Assembly: GCF_004010195.1 (NCBI RefSeq)
Contig: NC_057718.1
Location: 45,868,322-45,916,182, forward strand
Source: Chiloscyllium plagiosum
Lineage: Eukaryota
Reading direction: 5' to 3'
Length of the DNA: 47,861 bases
A program made the translations under genes and the position numbers. The notes beneath the pieces were generated by a model, which ran no database searches, was not told the origin of the DNA, and was given only the letters and a program-made list of their open reading frames with translations. Positions 1 to 12,189 of the stretch are shown in pieces. Within the stretch, counting starts at the first letter, position 1, and the number at the start of each line of letters is the position of its first letter.

Positions 1-376
1 TGGGAATTCATAGGGATACTTTATATGCCCTGGTTGAGGAAGGGGAAAGTGACTCAGTTTCCCATTTTTGTTGGTCGCTCAGTAAGCTCTGATGGAAGAT
101 TTCATTATGAACATCAGTTGAGGTCAGAATAGCTGATAATCATTCATTGTTTAGATTCATTCATGAAGATTGATTCCTTGGATGATGTAGAAAAAAATGT
201 ATTTATCACACGTTTCATGATTACAGAGCATCTTAAAGTGTTTTACAGTTAATTAGAACTTCTGAAGGGCAGTCATTGTAGTAATTTGAAGATACCAAAC
301 TCCCACAAACAGCTACCTAAAGTTATTAAATAATCTGTTTTTATTGTGATGAAGAACAACTATTGACTAGGACCGC

Positions 377-943
377 TAAACAAAGAAAAACACAAAAACT
401 GCAAATGTTGGAAATCAGAAACGAAAGCAGAATTTGCCAGAAAAACACAGCAGATCTGGTAGCATCTGTAGAGAGGAAGCAAAGTTTGTTTTTAAGAGTA
501 GATTCCCTACAATATGGAAAAAGGCCCTTTGGGCCAACAAGCCCATACCAACCCTCTGAAGAATTAACCCACCCATTCACGTACCCTACATGACTAATGC
601 ACCTAACAGTATGGGCAATTTAGCATGGCCAATCAACCTGACCTGCATATCTTTGGATTGTGGGAGGAAACCAGAGCAAACCCACACAGACACAGGGAGA
701 ATGTGCAAATGCCCTACAGACAGTTGCCCAAGGCAAGAATTGAACCTTGGCCCCTGGCACTGTGAGGCAACATTGCTAACCACTGAGCCACCATGCCGGG
801 TCCAGTGGGTCCAGTGACTGGTCTTCAGAATTGAGGAAGACCCTTCTGAAGAAGGGTCAGTAGATGTGAAACAAACTCTGCTTTCTCTCCATTGATGCTG
901 TCAGAACTGCTGAGTTTTTCCAGTAATTTCTGTTTTTTGTTAC
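377..943. mobile_element. Inverted (palindromic) Penelope-terminus insertion, family B, itself interrupted by a SINE
   Basis: Left arm CTGCAAATGTTGGAAATCAG..GCATCTGTAGAGAG..GACTGGTCTTCAGAA; right arm TTCTGAAGAAGGGTCA..GATGCTGTCAGAACTGCTGAG. ACTAGGAC is duplicated at 366-373 and 946-953. Confidence 0.75.
496..798 (-). mobile_element. HE1/V-type tRNA-derived SINE
   Basis: The minus strand starts CGGCATGGTGGCTCAGTGGTTAGC..GGTTCAATTC and contains the V-domain GGTTTCCTCCCACAATCCAAAG. It is homologous to 10943-11258. Confidence 0.85.
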
Positions 944-1739
944 ATACTAGGACTATAGGCTTTTTTTTAAAATTGTGTCTTATGATGTTTTATTTCCATC
1001 TGAACAAGCAGATGCCTCAATATAATGTCCAATCCAAAAGATAACATCTCCAACAGTGAAGTGCTCCTTGAGTGGTGCAGTGGTGTGTCAGTTTTGATTT
1101 TTGGACTGAAGCCCTGGGTGAAATTTGAATCCAGAACCCTGTGATCAGAGACAAGAGTACTACCAACTGAGCTACAACTGAGACATTGTAAGTAATAGAA
1201 ATTGATTGATGTCTGTAGTACCAAACTTCACTGAGCTTCAGGAAGTAGAAGAGGATGGAAGAACTGAGAAGATGAATGCAGGAAAATTCACATAAATATA
1301 TGTTTTTGCCTGTAATGGAGACCCATTTGTCAGGTTTCTTCCTTGCTGGGTCCCACCATGATGTCACCCATAGAAAGACACCATCAATTGAGTCCTCTGC
1401 AAGCAACTAAAGCCGCAATTAAATATGGGTCTAGGAGACAGACCAGAGTAGGCACACCTGAAAAGCTATGGTACTGGTTGCTTATGCTTCCTATGATGTC
1501 CACAGGGTGATTGGCTGCACTTAATTTCAATCATTAGATTAACCTAGCGCTGAGGAGTCTCCAATTTGTGAATTGAAAGCAATGCTTAGAGTTTTCAAAA
1601 GGTTTGCTGCATTTTAATAACAATGTCAATTGTTCATATTCAACCTATGAGCTCAACAACTTTCTTCTTCATCATTGACTAAATTTGTGTTTTTCACTGT
1701 CTAATTGCTTATTTTTTTGCATCAGTTGAATGCTGATCT

Positions 1740-2298
1740 TGCCACATTCTCCAGTTTTCTTCCTGCCTGGCCTTATCTTGTTCATGATGCTGAGCTGCTA
1801 CTTCTAGATCCTATTTCCACCAAACAAATAACCACCCAACAGCCCATTCTCACTCGCATGTTAGTTAATTTTTAATGTTTCCCTCTCCTCAGGTATAGTT
1901 TCCAGTTTGCTTTCAAGTCTCTGGTCATCACACCTTCCTTGAATTCCTGCTTTTGACTTCTCTGTTCTTGTAAATTTCCATCTCATCTCCAATCCTCCTT
2001 TCCTCATCAATGTGTTGCTTCCCCACAAATCAATGCCCGCCTCCGATAACGCATGTCTGAGCACCTCCAATCAGGCTTCCACTCAAACCACAACATGAAG
2101 TGGACCATATAAAAGTCACAAATAAAGTGATTGTCACTATTGTGAATGAGGCCTCCTTATCCTTCTCAATTTGTGCTCAGCCTTTGACATAGTTGACAAC
2201 ATCTTCATCCTCCAATACCTTTCTTATGTTGTCAAATTGAATAGGATTGACCTTGCCTGGTTTCATTCATATCTATTGAGACATAGCCAGAGAACCAA
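1740..2298 (+). mobile_element. Degenerate L2-clade LINE RT fragment
   Basis: 2068-2220 decodes, with frameshifts, to QSGF..H....IKVTN....LLILLNLCSAFDIVD, the typical L2 QSGFR..HSTETAL..LLDLSAAFDTVDH block. Confidence 0.6.
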
Positions 2299-2300
2299 CT

Positions 2301-2919
2301 AGATGAAAGTGAGGACTGCAGATGCTGGAGATCAGAGTTGAAAGTGTGGTGCTGGAAAAGCACAGCAGGTCAGGCAGCATCCAAGCAGCAAGAACATTGA
2401 CGTTTTGGGCAAAAGCCCATCATCAGGAATGAGACTGGGCGCTTCAGAGGTGGAAAGATAAATGGGAGGAGTGTGGGGCTGGGGGGTGGGGGAGGTAGCT
2501 GAGATTGCGATAGGTGGATGGATTTGGGGGTAATGGTGACAGGTTGGAGGGGAGGGTGGAGTGGATAGGTGGGAAGGATGATGGACAATATCCCAGTTCC
2601 AACCTTCCAGCCTCCCCCCAACTTATCTCAGTTCCAACCTTCCAGCTCAGTACTGCCCTTATGACCTGTTCTACCTGCCCATCTTCCTTTCCACCTATCA
2701 GCTCCACGCACCCCTCCGACCTATCACCTTCACCCCAATCTCCATCCACCTATCGCACTCTCAGCTACATTCCACCCAGCCCCACACCCCTCCCATTTAT
2801 CTCTCCACCCCCCGAGGCTCCCAGCCTCATCCCTGATGAAGGGCTTTTGTCCAAAATGTCGAATTTCCTGTTCCTGGGTGCTACCTGACCTGCTATGCTT
2901 TTCCAGCACCACACTCTCG
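2301..2919. mobile_element. Palindromic Penelope-terminus insertion, family A
   Basis: The left arm (minus; GATGAAAGTGAGGACTGCAGATGCTGG..) and the right arm (..CTGATGAAGGGCTTTTG..TTCCAGCACCACACTCTC) are reverse complements. ATAGCCAGAGAA is duplicated on both flanks. Confidence 0.85.
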
Positions 2920-3077
2920 ATAATAGCCAGAGAATCACATGAAATGTTTCTTGTTAAAGAATCAATCCATTTTAAATTCCAAGTCTGAGAATTCTGAGAA
3001 GGTCCATTATGTCTGGTTGCCCACCACAATTTTCAAATTAATGTGTTAAAGTTCATGCACAGTTCAAACATTGCAGA

Positions 3078-3262
3078 AACAACAGAAATTGCTGGGAAAA
3101 CTGAGCAGATCTGGTCATATCTGTAGATGTAGCTGCTTTAGAACTATTCTAAAGTAAACTCTGCTTTCTCTCCCCACCAATACTTCTAGACATGCTGAGT
3201 TTTCCCAGCAATTTCTGTTTTTGTTTCTGATTTCCAGCACCCACAGTTCTTTAGTTTTTTTT
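3078..3262. mobile_element. Short palindromic Penelope-terminus insertion, family B
   Basis: AACAGAAATTGCTGGGAAAACT / AGTTTTCCCAGCAATTTCTGTT inverted arms. ATTGCAGA is duplicated at 3070-3077 and 3271-3278. Confidence 0.75.
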
Positions 3263-3465
3263 GTCCAGATATTGCAGAGTATCTCCAATATTCAGCTGGG
3301 GCAAATACAAATACCACAAAATCCAGTCCCTTGTATTTTTGCCTTAACCTACTAGGTAACTAACACATACTGAGTTTCATCACATTCCCAAAAGCTAAAC
3401 CATCAGTAACTCAACCCTTTAAGGAAGTAACTTATCTCCTTCAAATGCTATTCACAGGGTAACTT

Positions 3466-4118
3466 AGAGTAGAGTAGAGAGTGGAACAGCTTTTATTTGT
3501 CATTTCTACCATATAGCACTGATAGAGTAAAAATGAGACAGTGTTCCTCCCGTACCGAGGGTGCTACATGGACAGGACAAACTACACAATCATACACAGC
3601 ATAAAGTGCATGAAGTGCAAAACATGCAAGTTACAGTGTAATGAAGAATGAGAAACAATAGACTTTTTCTAACAGCAATTCAAAGTCATGCAAAGAATTT
3701 CAGATAGGAAAGAGTCTGATCATACTGTGTTAAGGAGCCTAATGGCTTGGAGGAAGAAACTGTTGCATAGTCTGGCAGTGAGAGAATGAATGCTCTGGTA
3801 TCTTCTGCCAAATGGCTGGAGTGAGAAGAGTTTGAGTGAGGGGTGTATGGGGTCTTCCACACTGCTCTTAGCCTTTCAGATGCAGCCTGTGGTGTAAATG
3901 TCTGTAATGGAGGGAAGAGAGACCCTGATGATCTTCTCAGCTGTCCTCACTATCTGTTGTAGGGTCTTACGATCCGAGATGGTGCAATTCCTGAAGCAGG
4001 CAGTGATGCAGCTGCTCAGGGTACTCTCAATGACCCTGCTGTAGAATGTGGTGAGGTTGGGGGAATGGGTTGGGAGGTGGGCTTTCCTCAGCCTGCGCAG
4101 AAAGTAGAGACACTGTCC
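3466..4118 (-). mobile_element. Rex1/Babar LINE 3' fragment
   Basis: The minus strand translates approximately QCLYFLRRLRKAHLP..TTFYSRVIESTLSSCITA..NCTISDRKTLQQIVRTAEKII..LPSITDIYT..DPIHP..LCNSFFLQAIRLLN, the Rex1 C-terminus, and ends in an (ACTCT)n-like tail. Confidence 0.85.
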
Positions 4119-5064
4119 CTACTTATTGGAGAACTATAAGTTCTCCAATTGCAATTATTATAGGGGCACAACGCTACACGAATTTTCCTGATTTTATTGG
4201 TACTGTGTTTCCTATACCCCTCAATTCAACTGGCCTAATTTCTTCCTCACCTATTTAATCTTCTTTCTTTTCCTACTCTCCTGTAGTTAAAAACAACAAT
4301 TGCTTACTTCTCCTTCCAGTTGAAACTAGCACTTCTTCCCTTCCAGCCACATGAATTACTGTTGATATTCTCAAATTGTTTACCCCAATTCAATCTGGCA
4401 TTCTTTGTTCCTCATTCATGTCAGGTATCCCTAACTTCACTAGTTTAAACAATGTTGTTTGACTTCAATCTCAGTTCATATTAGTACTCTTCTCACCATC
4501 CCTTGGTCCAGGTTCAAGCTTGTACTTTGCTTTCCCCTGTAGTACTTAGTTCAAATTAGTGCTCCTCTCCCTGCTTCCTGCACACGATTGCAAATGCCTC
4601 CTTCAGCAACTTAATCCCAAATTCTCACTGGATTTCTTCTCATTTTTCTCTCCTGATTTATTCAGCTACTTCTTCTTCCTAGTAGTTTGTGCTCATTCAG
4701 GCAGATAATGTTTCCACTTCTTGAAAGAGGGTTCCCAGTTCTCTCCTTACTAACACCAGTCCCGAATTCTAACTCTGCTCCTTGAAATACTTAAATGCCA
4801 CTCAGACCGCAGTGAGCCTAATTACTCCATGAGACGTTCTAAAGACAGTTTTCAGGAGCATCACTTATAGGAGCCAGGACAGGAACTACCGTAGAAATGC
4901 TTTAGAGAGATGCTGGAAATTGACCACAAAAATGGGCATGAACCCTGGAAATGGCTGTCTGCATCAAAAGTAAATACCTAACACGCATTCTTTCAGTTAT
5001 TTAATTTGGGTGCTGTTACAGCCCTCTGAGGTAATACACCATAAATCAAAAACTACTGGTCATA

Positions 5065-5627
5065 ATAAATGTATAAAATATTGGTTAGGCTATAGCTGGA
5101 ATACTGTGTATGGTTCTGGTCAGTGCACTAGAAGAAGGATATGGTTGCATTGGAAATGGAGATTCATCAAGATCCGGCTTGGGATGGAGCAATTTATCTA
5201 TGAAGAGGTTGGATAAGCTTGAATTGCTTTTAGTAGAGCAGAAAAGGCTGAGAGGGGGCCTGATTGAGGTTATAATATTATGAGGGGCATGGACAGGGTG
5301 GATAGAAAGCAGCTGTTCCCTACGGATAAAGAGTCAGTAACAAGGGGGCATACTTTCAAGTTGAATGGCATGAGGTTTAGAGGGGATTTGAGGAAAAATG
5401 TTTTCATCCAGAGGATGGTGGGAATCTGAATTACACTACCTTGGTGGATAGTTGAAGTGGGAATCCTCACAACCTTTAAAAAGTACTTGTAAGAACACTT
5501 GAAATGTCATAATATTCAAGGCTATGAGCCAGGTGCTGGAGAGTGGAACTTGTGTAGATTTAGAGTAGTTTTTGACAGTGCAGACTTGATGGGCTGAGGG
5601 ACTTTTCTGAGCTGTATGATTCTATGA
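5065..5627 (+). mobile_element. CR1 LINE 3' end
   Basis: AGGCTGAGAGGGGGCCTGATTGAGGTTATAA (RLRGDLIEVY-like), CAGAGGATGGTGGGAATCTGAA, and tail TGTATGATTCTATGA. Confidence 0.85.
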
Positions 5628-6297
5628 AATGTTAGTTTCTTTAAAGCATGTGCAGTACCACAATCTACCTGACATTCAGACAAAAATTGATAATCAGACA
5701 ATAGCTATAAGTAAACAGATATAAACCATTGAAATATGACACTATAACGAAAACTCTCATCCACGTATAAATTCCCCCTTTATAGGCGCAAACATGCAAA
5801 TAGGGAAAATAGATTATTGGCAGAGCTAGAAAAAACTGGAAAGTCAGTTCAATTGTCTTTGCTTCCCAATTCTGATATAGAGATGATTGCCCATTGCTAC
5901 CCAGATGCATGGTATTCAGTTATCTTTCTCTGGAAGCTTTTACTAGTTTCTAAGAAGTACAAAGTGACTAACTCACTTGGAAATTACCTCTCACTTCTCA
6001 GTTCAAAAGTGACAGCTCACAGCAATTGCTGTAGAGGAAGGTAACTAAATATCTTTAAATTTATCTGAGTTATTTGCTGCATAGAACAGGCAGCTTCTGC
6101 TGGGCAGAGCAGCCACACACCCTTCTCTGTGTAACTCGTTTCCAGTTCCAACCTACTCAGCCAACTGAGAATCAATCAGCTTTATCAATAAGCACCCACT
6201 CAGTTCCTAATAATCTGCTTATGGCAGGAACCCAAATTCTACTGGCTTTCCTTCTGGGCTATTGTACTTGCTGGTGAGTTTAGTGCCTGATCTAGGA

Positions 6298-6484
6298 GGA
6301 GAAAGTGAGGACTGCTGGAGATCAGAGCTGAAAATGTGTTGCTGGAAAAGCGTAGCAGGTCAGGCAGCATCCAAGGAACAGGAGAATCGCGTTTCGGGCA
6401 TAAGCCCCTCATTCCTGAAGAAGGGCTTATGCCCGAAACGTCGATTCTCCTGTTCCTTGGATGCTGCCTGACCTGCTGCGCTTT
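6298..6484. mobile_element. Short palindromic Penelope-terminus insertion, family A
   Basis: Inverted arms around ~6408. TSD TGATCTAGGA at 6288-6297 and 6488-6497. Confidence 0.9.
6411..6446 (+). ncRNA. Minimal type I hammerhead ribozyme motif (intact core)
   Basis: ATTC-CTGAAGA-A-GGGC ttat GCCC-GAAA-CGTC-GATT: CUGANGA and GAAA cores, 4-bp stem II, palindromic ACGU helix III, GUC cleavage triplet, 3/4-paired stem I. Confidence 0.7.
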
Positions 6485-8993
6485 GCTTGATCTAGGAACC
6501 AATTATTGTCAAGGTAGTGTTTTGTCCTACTGAGAGCCACCCTGAACCATGCATAACTGCCAATGTCAGCTGCAATTGACAGCTACCACGCTTTAATTGA
6601 TCAGCGGCTGTCAGGCATGGGAATTCCACCTCTAGGGTCCTTGATCTCAGGAAAAGCCCTTCACTGGCCATAGAACTGACTGAGGAGCAATAAGTACATT
6701 GGCTTCTCCTCAATGGGGCAGGACAAGGGCTCACACTGCCCTTTCAACCAATGGATGAAACAATGGTTACCTGGGTTCTAACTGCTCAATAGTTGCACAT
6801 TGGCATTGTGGTTTGTTTGAGATGCAACCATTTACTTGTTTTTGAATTTTAAAGCCATTTATAAGATAGGTTTACAAAGCAGTTTTGATATTATAAACTT
6901 GTCGGAGGTTAAGCAGGTTCCATAACAGACAATTTACTTGAGGTACAGTGTCAATAAAATTATTGACAGTTAAAAGATTTCTCCTGATGTGACATGCTGA
7001 CACAAGGCAAAGGCAAAAGGGAGGAACGATTGCTTATGCCAAGACCCTGATGTCCTGGAGTCCCTTGTACAGCTTAATAGCTTGATAGATAGTCTGCTGT
7101 TCACAGTATATCATGAGTCACGCTGAATGGGTGCCTATTCCACTGAGCTCTTAAGAAATAAAGGCAACCATATACTGGATATTTCATCAAAGAAATGAAA
7201 TCAGAAGAAGGTTGTTATAATGAGTCCCAATTTTTCTTACAAGGACTATAAGAATCATTAAAATTATATTTAAAAGATAAATGTCCACCAATTTCAGAAA
7301 TGCAAACAGATTAACAGTATGATTCATCTTTAAAATATGAACTGCAACATGTTTAGAAGACTTACAAAGTACAAGAAACATCTTTGTATTTTTTTAGGAA
7401 ATTACCAAAAGGGCAAATTGATTAAATGTAGCAGGCATTATGATTTCCTTCTGCAAACTAAAGTTCATTTTAAATTCCATTATTTTAAAAGTCTAAAGAT
7501 TAAATGGCTAATGCTTTGTCCTCAGATGACAGGTTTTATAACTTTTTCCATCAATTTTAATGGAAACATTTTGCTGAATTTTATTGGAAAATGAATAATG
7601 AAACATTAGCATTGATTTATTATTGTCTTTGTGAAGTTTACTTAAGGGTCTCTTTGTCCATGGTATTAATCAATAGCCCAACAGATCCATGCTTTTTTAT
7701 TCAGCATGATTTCCCAAGAATAATTGGAAGACATTCCATTTAGGTCATTTTTGGCTCATGTTTATTTGCTGATACAATTAGTCTAAGAAGAGCACTTTTT
7801 AGAAGGAAAGTAAAGGTTAAAGTTTGCTATTGATATTCATCAGGAGATGGATGTTTAATCTTTAATCTCTTGTCCTCAGCCACTACTTTGGATCAACTCA
7901 TTATTTTGAATAAATGATGTGTCATTCCCATTATTTATGTTTCACTGCAGCCAAAGCACTGGTAAAGCATCATTTGTTTGTACCATTCAGTATTAATCTC
8001 CCTGCATCTTTCCTATCCTCATCACTGTCTTTATTTGCTTTCATAGGTTTTCCACATTTTGTTTTTATATGGATAATCTTTGACAAACCAGGCAGAATTG
8101 TGTACCAAACTGGATATCTTGACTATTGTCAATATATCATCAAACTGAAGTATGATTAATACACTGACTGTTGGAACTAGGTCAGGATATGGGCAATTTT
8201 TTTTCTTTTGTATCATTTAAGAATGACTAATGATGCTGGAGTCCTTCAAGATGGATTCTTCTAGCAGATGAGTTAAAGTGTATTTGCAGCACGCTGCAGT
8301 TTCAAAGTCGTAGAAGCTCTCTTGGTTCATAATCCCTGTCCAGATGGACAGCTGTAGGATACTGACAGAGTTTTGCTGATTACAATATTGGCAAAATGCA
8401 ATAACCATATGTCTTTCACTCAATACGTCTACTGATGTTTTAAAACCTTGCATTATTTTCAATAAAGATCTGTAACTGTTTTGTATGGGGAGGATTTAAT
8501 GCCATTTTTGATTTCTACTGTTGTGGAACATTGTAAGATAATACGTCATATCTTTCAATCTATTGCTCATTAAAAATTGAACAAATGATTGAACTTCAGG
8601 ACACACTAGAAGTCCTTATGTGCTGTCCTATGTTTTAACCTTCCTAATTTCAACTTCCAATGAGGAATACCCTAGGACCTTCCACAAACGTCTCTGATTC
8701 TGAACTGGAGTCAGAGACTTGGGACAGTTCTGATGTACTTAGCTGGATTGTTATCAAAAATAGTTAAACAGATTAAAACCTATTCTAACTCCTGGTAATT
8801 CCAGAACTGACCCCCATTCATATGTCCATCAACCCTTCAGACCACCCACCTACCTTCACGACACATGACCCTTTCGCGAGCATCTGATTACACCCCAAAT
8901 CAACTACACCGACAAGACCCCACTAGCTTTGCCAGCAGTCCTGTCTGGCGTCTGAATCTGCTGACTACTGTAATGACCTATCTACCTCTCCCA

Positions 8994-9500
8994 GGAGAAA
9001 GTGATGACTGCAGATGCTGGAGATCAGAGCTGAAAATGTGTTGCTGGAAAAGCGCAGCAGGTCAGGCAGCATCCAAGGAACAGGAGAATCGACGTTTCGG
9101 GCATAATCCCTTCTTCGGGAATGAGGAAAGTGTGTCCAGCAGGCTAAGATAAAAGGTAGGGAGGAGGGACTTGGGGGAGGGGCGTTGGAAATGCGATAGG
9201 TGGAAGGAGGTCAAGGTGAGGGTAATAGGCCAGAGTGGGGTGGGGGCGGAGAGGTCAGGAAGAAAACCTGCAATCTTCTTCCTGACCTCTCCGCCCCCCC
9301 CCCCACTCCGGCCTATCACTCTCACCTTGACCTCCTTCACCTATCGCATTTCCAACGCCCCTCCCCCAAGTCTCTCCTCCCTACCTTTTATCTTAGCCTG
9401 CTGGACACACTTTCCTCATTCCTGAAGAAGGGCTTATGCCCGAAACGTTGATCTCCTGTTCCTTGGATGCTGCCTGACCTGCTGCGCTTTTCCAGCAACA
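8994..9500. mobile_element. Young palindromic Penelope-terminus insertion, family A
   Basis: Near-perfect ~225 bp inverted arms centred near 9272. Exact 15-bp TSD TATCTACCTCTCCCA at 8979-8993 and 9501-9515. Confidence 0.92.
9418..9452 (+). ncRNA. Minimal hammerhead ribozyme motif (intact core, GUU triplet)
   Basis: ATTC-CTGAAGA-A-GGGC ttat GCCC-GAAA-CGTT-GAT. The antisense partner at ~9087-9123 has CCGAAGA (broken core). Confidence 0.62.
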
Positions 9501-9744
9501 TATCTACCTCTCCCAAACTGGTTTGACTACCTCCTTGACCACCTGATTACAGACCAGCCAATCTAACCATTCACCCATCTAATCTTCTACTCATCTACAT
9601 ATTTACCCATCTTACCACCCACTCATCTTTCCCACGTATTTCATCCAATCTACCCCCTCTATCCACTTGTCAACCTTACCCACCTAACCACCTTCTATCA
9701 CAACATTTCACCAAAACTTATGGAATGTAAAATTAAAAGGCTAA

Positions 9745-10245
9745 CAAGGTATTTAGTTTTTTGGCTCGGCCAGCATTTAATGCCCATCCATAATTGCCCT
9801 GAAGAAACTGGTGGTGAGCCATCATCTTGAATTGCTGTAATCCAGTGGGTTGTACTGACACTCCAAATAATGTTAGGAATGGATTTACAGAATTTTGACA
9901 CAGTGACAGCGAAGAATTGTGATTTAGTCACAGGTTAGGATGGTTCATCACTTGGAGGAGAACTTTCAGATGGTGATGTTTGCACGTATCTGCTGCCTTT
10001 TTCACTCTAGGTGGAGAAATCATGGGTTTGCAAGGGGATGTTGAGTTTGGTAATTTACTGCAGTGCTTCTTGTAGATGGTACACACTGCTGCCACTGTGG
10101 GTTAGTGGTGAAGGGAGTGAATGTTGAAGTTGGTGGACGTGGCTGCTTTGTCCGGGATGGTGTCAACCTCCTTGAGTATTGTTGAAGCTGCACTCATTCT
10201 GTTAAACATCTGTGCTTTGTAGATGGTGAATAGGCTTTGGGTTAA
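9745..10245 (-). mobile_element. CR1-like LINE 3' fragment (same family as 13730-15400)
   Basis: Reverse-complement similarity to 14900-15390 (e.g. TTCTTGTAGATGGT vs ACTATCTACAAGATG; GGTGGTGAG vs CTCACCACC). Confidence 0.7.
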
Positions 10246-10942
10246 GACATTTTCATTTATCTTTTAAATATTTAAAACCAAATATCATTATCATTGATGC
10301 ATTCGACATAGAGACTGATAACTTTTAAAAATAGATTTGAAATTGCAATGATAGTAGACATAGAATGTAAATACACAAAAACACAACAGGAAAGATGATC
10401 AAACTATTGCCAATTTGAAGATATCAAGAATTGTTATAGCTCCAAAGAAGAAGCTTATAAAGTTGCCAACAACATTGTGAGCCTGAGGATTGGGAACATA
10501 TTAGAATTCAATAAACCAGGAGTCTTGTGCTCAGTAGCAAGGTTCTTGTCTTGGTATTGAAATCTTGGATAGATAATGTTTTTCAATGTCAAGAATTTAA
10601 TTTTTCAATTCTTCCTATTTTCGTCTTTGTTCTTTCTCCAGCTGATTCATCATTGCCCATGTCATTCAAGGGCTGGGAGAATTCCACCCTTTATGTCTGT
10701 CTTCATGAAGGAAGACACAAATTACTCCCTGAAAAATTAGAGTACCAAAGAACTAATGAGAATGAGAAGCTAAAAAAAATTAAGTTTGTTCAATCATTAA
10801 TAGTGGAAAAAATAATGGGATAGAATGTTGATGAATCCTCTGCACACGATCATCTACATCCCCGATTGTTGAGAGACAGGCCAGTAGAGGTAGTGAATGC
10901 ATTTGAGGTCAACTTTAAAGTTCTGTAGATTCTGCAACTGTT

Positions 10943-11258
10943 TAGATTAGATTAGATTACATTACAGTGTGGAAACAGGCCCTTCGGCCCAACAAGTCCA
11001 CACCAACCCGCCGAAGCGCAACCCACCCATGCCCCTACATTTACCCCTTATCTAACACTACGGGCAATTTAGCATAGCCAATTCACCTGACCTGCACACC
11101 TTTGGACTGTGGGAGGAAACCAGAGCACCTGGAGGAAACCCACGCAGACACGGGGAGAACGTGCAAACTCCACACAGTCAGTCGCCTGAGGTGGGAATTG
11201 AACCCGGGTCTCAAGCGCTGTGAGGCAGCAGTGCTAACCACTGTGCCACCGTGCCGCC
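10943..11258 (-). mobile_element. Full-length, young HE1/V-type SINE
   Basis: Minus strand GGCGGCACGGTGGCACAGTGGTTAGC (A box), GGGTTCAATTCCC (B box), V domain and (AATCT)n tail. CAACTGTT is duplicated at 10935-10942 and 11258-11265. Confidence 0.93.
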
Positions 11259-12189
11259 AACTGTTGTTGCAGATTTGAGGGTACTAAATAGAACCTTACT
11301 ATTTCAGATCTGTTAGTCTGATATCATAGCAGGAATATGCTAGAATCCGTTATAAAGAATATGATAACTAAATACTTAGAAAGTTATGGTCGGATTTTCA
11401 TTCTATTTATCAACTTTGGAGTGTGCTGCCATTCAAGACTTGGAGGTGTACAGCAAGTAGTTCACATGTCCACACTCCCTCATATTACCTGCTGAGTGCA
11501 GCTGCACAAAGTGTTGTCTCTCTCAGGTTAAACACTGTCCCACAGGGATGCTCAAGCACTTCAGGGCAGTTGAGCAGCCTACACCAATTCTGAAACATTG
11601 CAGGGCTACAGATGATGGAAGGGTGAAAAGGAGATTTATCAGGATTCCTCTCAACCTACTGGCTGTCAAGAGAGACTTCATTGCACAACACCCATACATA
11701 ACATGCTGACTGAAGCCTTAAGAACCACCTAATGTTAACACCATGCCACGTTAATGCCCTGTCTCACTGACTACTGCTTTCTCGTTAACAGTCAGCAGGA
11801 CCTGTAAAATAGATACTTGAAAGTGAGGTAACTGACGATACCACACATACAATAACATGGATAGGAACATTTATTCAGCAAAAGAAAGGTTCAAGGACTG
11901 CAAAAGTAATCGGATCCATATATACCTTGGACCGATGTTCAATTTTTGAGGAACTCTCAGTGGTCTGAGCATTATATTTAAAACAAAGCATCCATTACGG
12001 ACAACATTTCAATTGCAACATTTGGCAATCTGACAATTTCTTTGCAATGCATTTATTAATTATTAAAAGTGTACATCTAAATTATATGACAGTTACAAAT
12101 ATTTTACCTGCATTTCTAGAAACTGGTCTCAGCCACAGATTCAAGAAGACTCAAATCCTTCACCAACTTGTCCCAGGTCAAGTTCCGAT

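Larger units (their letters stand above)
228..1184 (-). mobile_element. Old tRNA-derived Deu-type SINE (SacSINE1/AmnSINE1-like), split by a nested insertion at 377-943
   Basis: The minus strand from 1184 reads TGTCAGTTGTAGCTCAGTTGGTAGTACTC..GGATTCAAAT (A/B boxes). Segments 228-373 (AAAGTGTTTTACAG..CTCCCACAAACAGC..TAATCTGTTTT) and 946-1184 join into the recognised Deu-SINE layout. Confidence 0.65.

Noticed and set aside
4150..4860. Possible minus-strand Gypsy gag remnant
   Set aside because: Only faint motif hints (LQGKA, decayed zinc knuckle); too degenerate to call.
6262..6533. Recurring peptides such as CCWKSAAGQAASKEQENR and MLPDLLRFSSNT
   Set aside because: They are translations of the non-coding Penelope terminus, not a gene family.
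6500..6900. Possible old Harbinger-type non-autonomous repeats (also ~11400-11830, 25700-26100, 36830-37440)
   Set aside because: The composition is suggestive, but I could not identify paired TIRs, TSDs or transposase motifs.
11180..11258. tRNA-like sequences here and at 14501, 17300, 25480 and 1120
   Set aside because: They are SINE heads continuing into SINE bodies, several with TSDs; no complete cloverleaf.
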